Shown here in pieces: positions 63,277-64,000 of a DNA stretch of 64,000 nucleotides. Under the pieces are notes generated by a model. It had not been told where the DNA came from. It worked only from the letters and a program-made list of their open reading frames with translations, and did not search any database. The stretch is taken from assembly GCA_965116325.1 (NCBI GenBank), contig OZ220675.1:449138-513137 (forward strand), written 5' to 3'. This DNA is from Dehalococcoidia bacterium. GTDB taxonomy: Bacteria > Chloroflexota > Dehalococcoidia > Lucifugimonadales > JAGWBF01. Position numbers and translations under genes: made by a program. How positions within the stretch are numbered: the first letter of the stretch is position 1; every line of letters starts with the position of its first letter.

Positions 63277-64000
63277 TTGAATCCGCGCTCTTGGATACCC
63301 GGGTCAGGCACAAAGAACATCTACTACGGCTGGAAGGTTGCGGCTGCATCCTGCTTCATGATGTTCTTTGCCAGCGGCATCTTCTTCAGGGGATTCTCGG
63401 TCTTCTTCGTTCCCCTGAGGGACTCTCTGCACCTGTCCAATTTCCAGACCTCCCTCGTTTTCTCCATATCCCGGGCTGAAGGAGGTCTGGAAGGCCCGGC
63501 AGCCGGCTACCTTATCGACAAGTTCGGGAACCGCCTCCTGGCAGTCGTGGGCATCATCATTGCCGGCATTGGATACCTGCTCTTTGCCAGGGTGGACGAC
63601 TTCATCACCTTTGCCTTGGTGTACCTTGGCATGATCTCCCTGGGGGCCAGCGTCTCCTTTCAGCACGCCATATTCGCCGGCTTGAACATGTGGTTCATCC
63701 GCAACCGGGCATTGGCCCTGTCGCTGCTGGCTTCATCGGCCGCCTTCGGGGGAGTTGTACTTATCCCGCTGCTCACCATAATGATCGCTCGCGCGGGCTG
63801 GGAGTGGGCAGCCTTCATTTCAGGATTGGTGTTCCTCGTAGTGGTGCTTCCTTTCTGCCTCGTCATCAAGACATCTCCCGAAAGCATGGGGCTGCTGCCC
63901 GACGGCGACTCTCCCACCCCAGGCCCTTCTCCCACAAGGGAGCGGGGGGCCTCCAGGGCCAGTCCCGCCGATTCCAGGGACTTTACTATCTCCGAGGCGC
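63277..64000 (+). CDS. MFS transporter (OFA-like), 3' end outside window
   Basis: Not in the ORF track. Frame 1 is open from 63223 to the window end and reads NIYYGWKVAAASCFMMFFASGIFF..., with multiple TM helices. The putative TTG start at 63277 has AGGAAG 12 nt upstream. Confidence 0.55.
   Translation, partial: MNPRSWIPGSGTKNIYYGWKVAAASCFMMFFASGIFFRGFSVFFVPLRDSLHLSNFQTSLVFSISRAEGGLEGPAAGYLIDKFGNRLLAVVGIIIAGIGYLLFARVDDFITFALVYLGMISLGASVSFQHAIFAGLNMWFIRNRALALSLLASSAAFGGVVLIPLLTIMIARAGWEWAAFISGLVFLVVVLPFCLVIKTSPESMGLLPDGDSPTPGPSPTRERGASRASPADSRDFTISEA

Overview
High-GC (about 60% by eye) bacterial chromosome segment. The T-box leader, archaeal-type FBP aldolase/phosphatase and ilv-leu operon layout fit a Chloroflexota-like lineage, but that placement is inference only. 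The right third (39.6-64 kb) is mostly housekeeping: tRNA-Ile, sfsA, pyrF, acyl-CoA mutase, FBP aldolase/phosphatase, rdgB, moaA-moaC, a T-box-controlled ilvB-ilvN-ilvC-leuA-leuC-leuD operon and gyrB. It also holds a candidate UGSC-type selenoprotein gene with an in-frame TGA. The left two thirds are rich in accessory genes. (1) Bases 1-8.4 kb carry a cytochrome P450 converging on a five-gene operon: LprG-like lipoprotein, P55-like MFS, Rieske steroid-type oxygenase, MMPL/RND exporter and an ERG6-type sterol C-24 methyltransferase. I consider this the most interesting system in the window. (2) A 2.3-kb IS1595-family element, bounded by inverted repeats, carries a Dam-family methylase and a small nuclease as passengers. 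(3) A second DDE transposase lies at 15.7-16.9 kb. (4) Many secreted or lipoprotein genes carry eukaryote-like domains: four plant-type LRR paralogs, an RCC1-like/FN3 protein, a collagen-like protein, a scramblase-like protein and a metzincin-like protease. They surround a single-polypeptide histidine kinase plus OmpR-type regulator fusion that has phased direct repeats at its promoter. I found no rRNA and no CRISPR array. Many long antisense ORFs in the track are high-GC shadow ORFs. All homology calls rest on motifs I recognise by eye and memory, not on searches.
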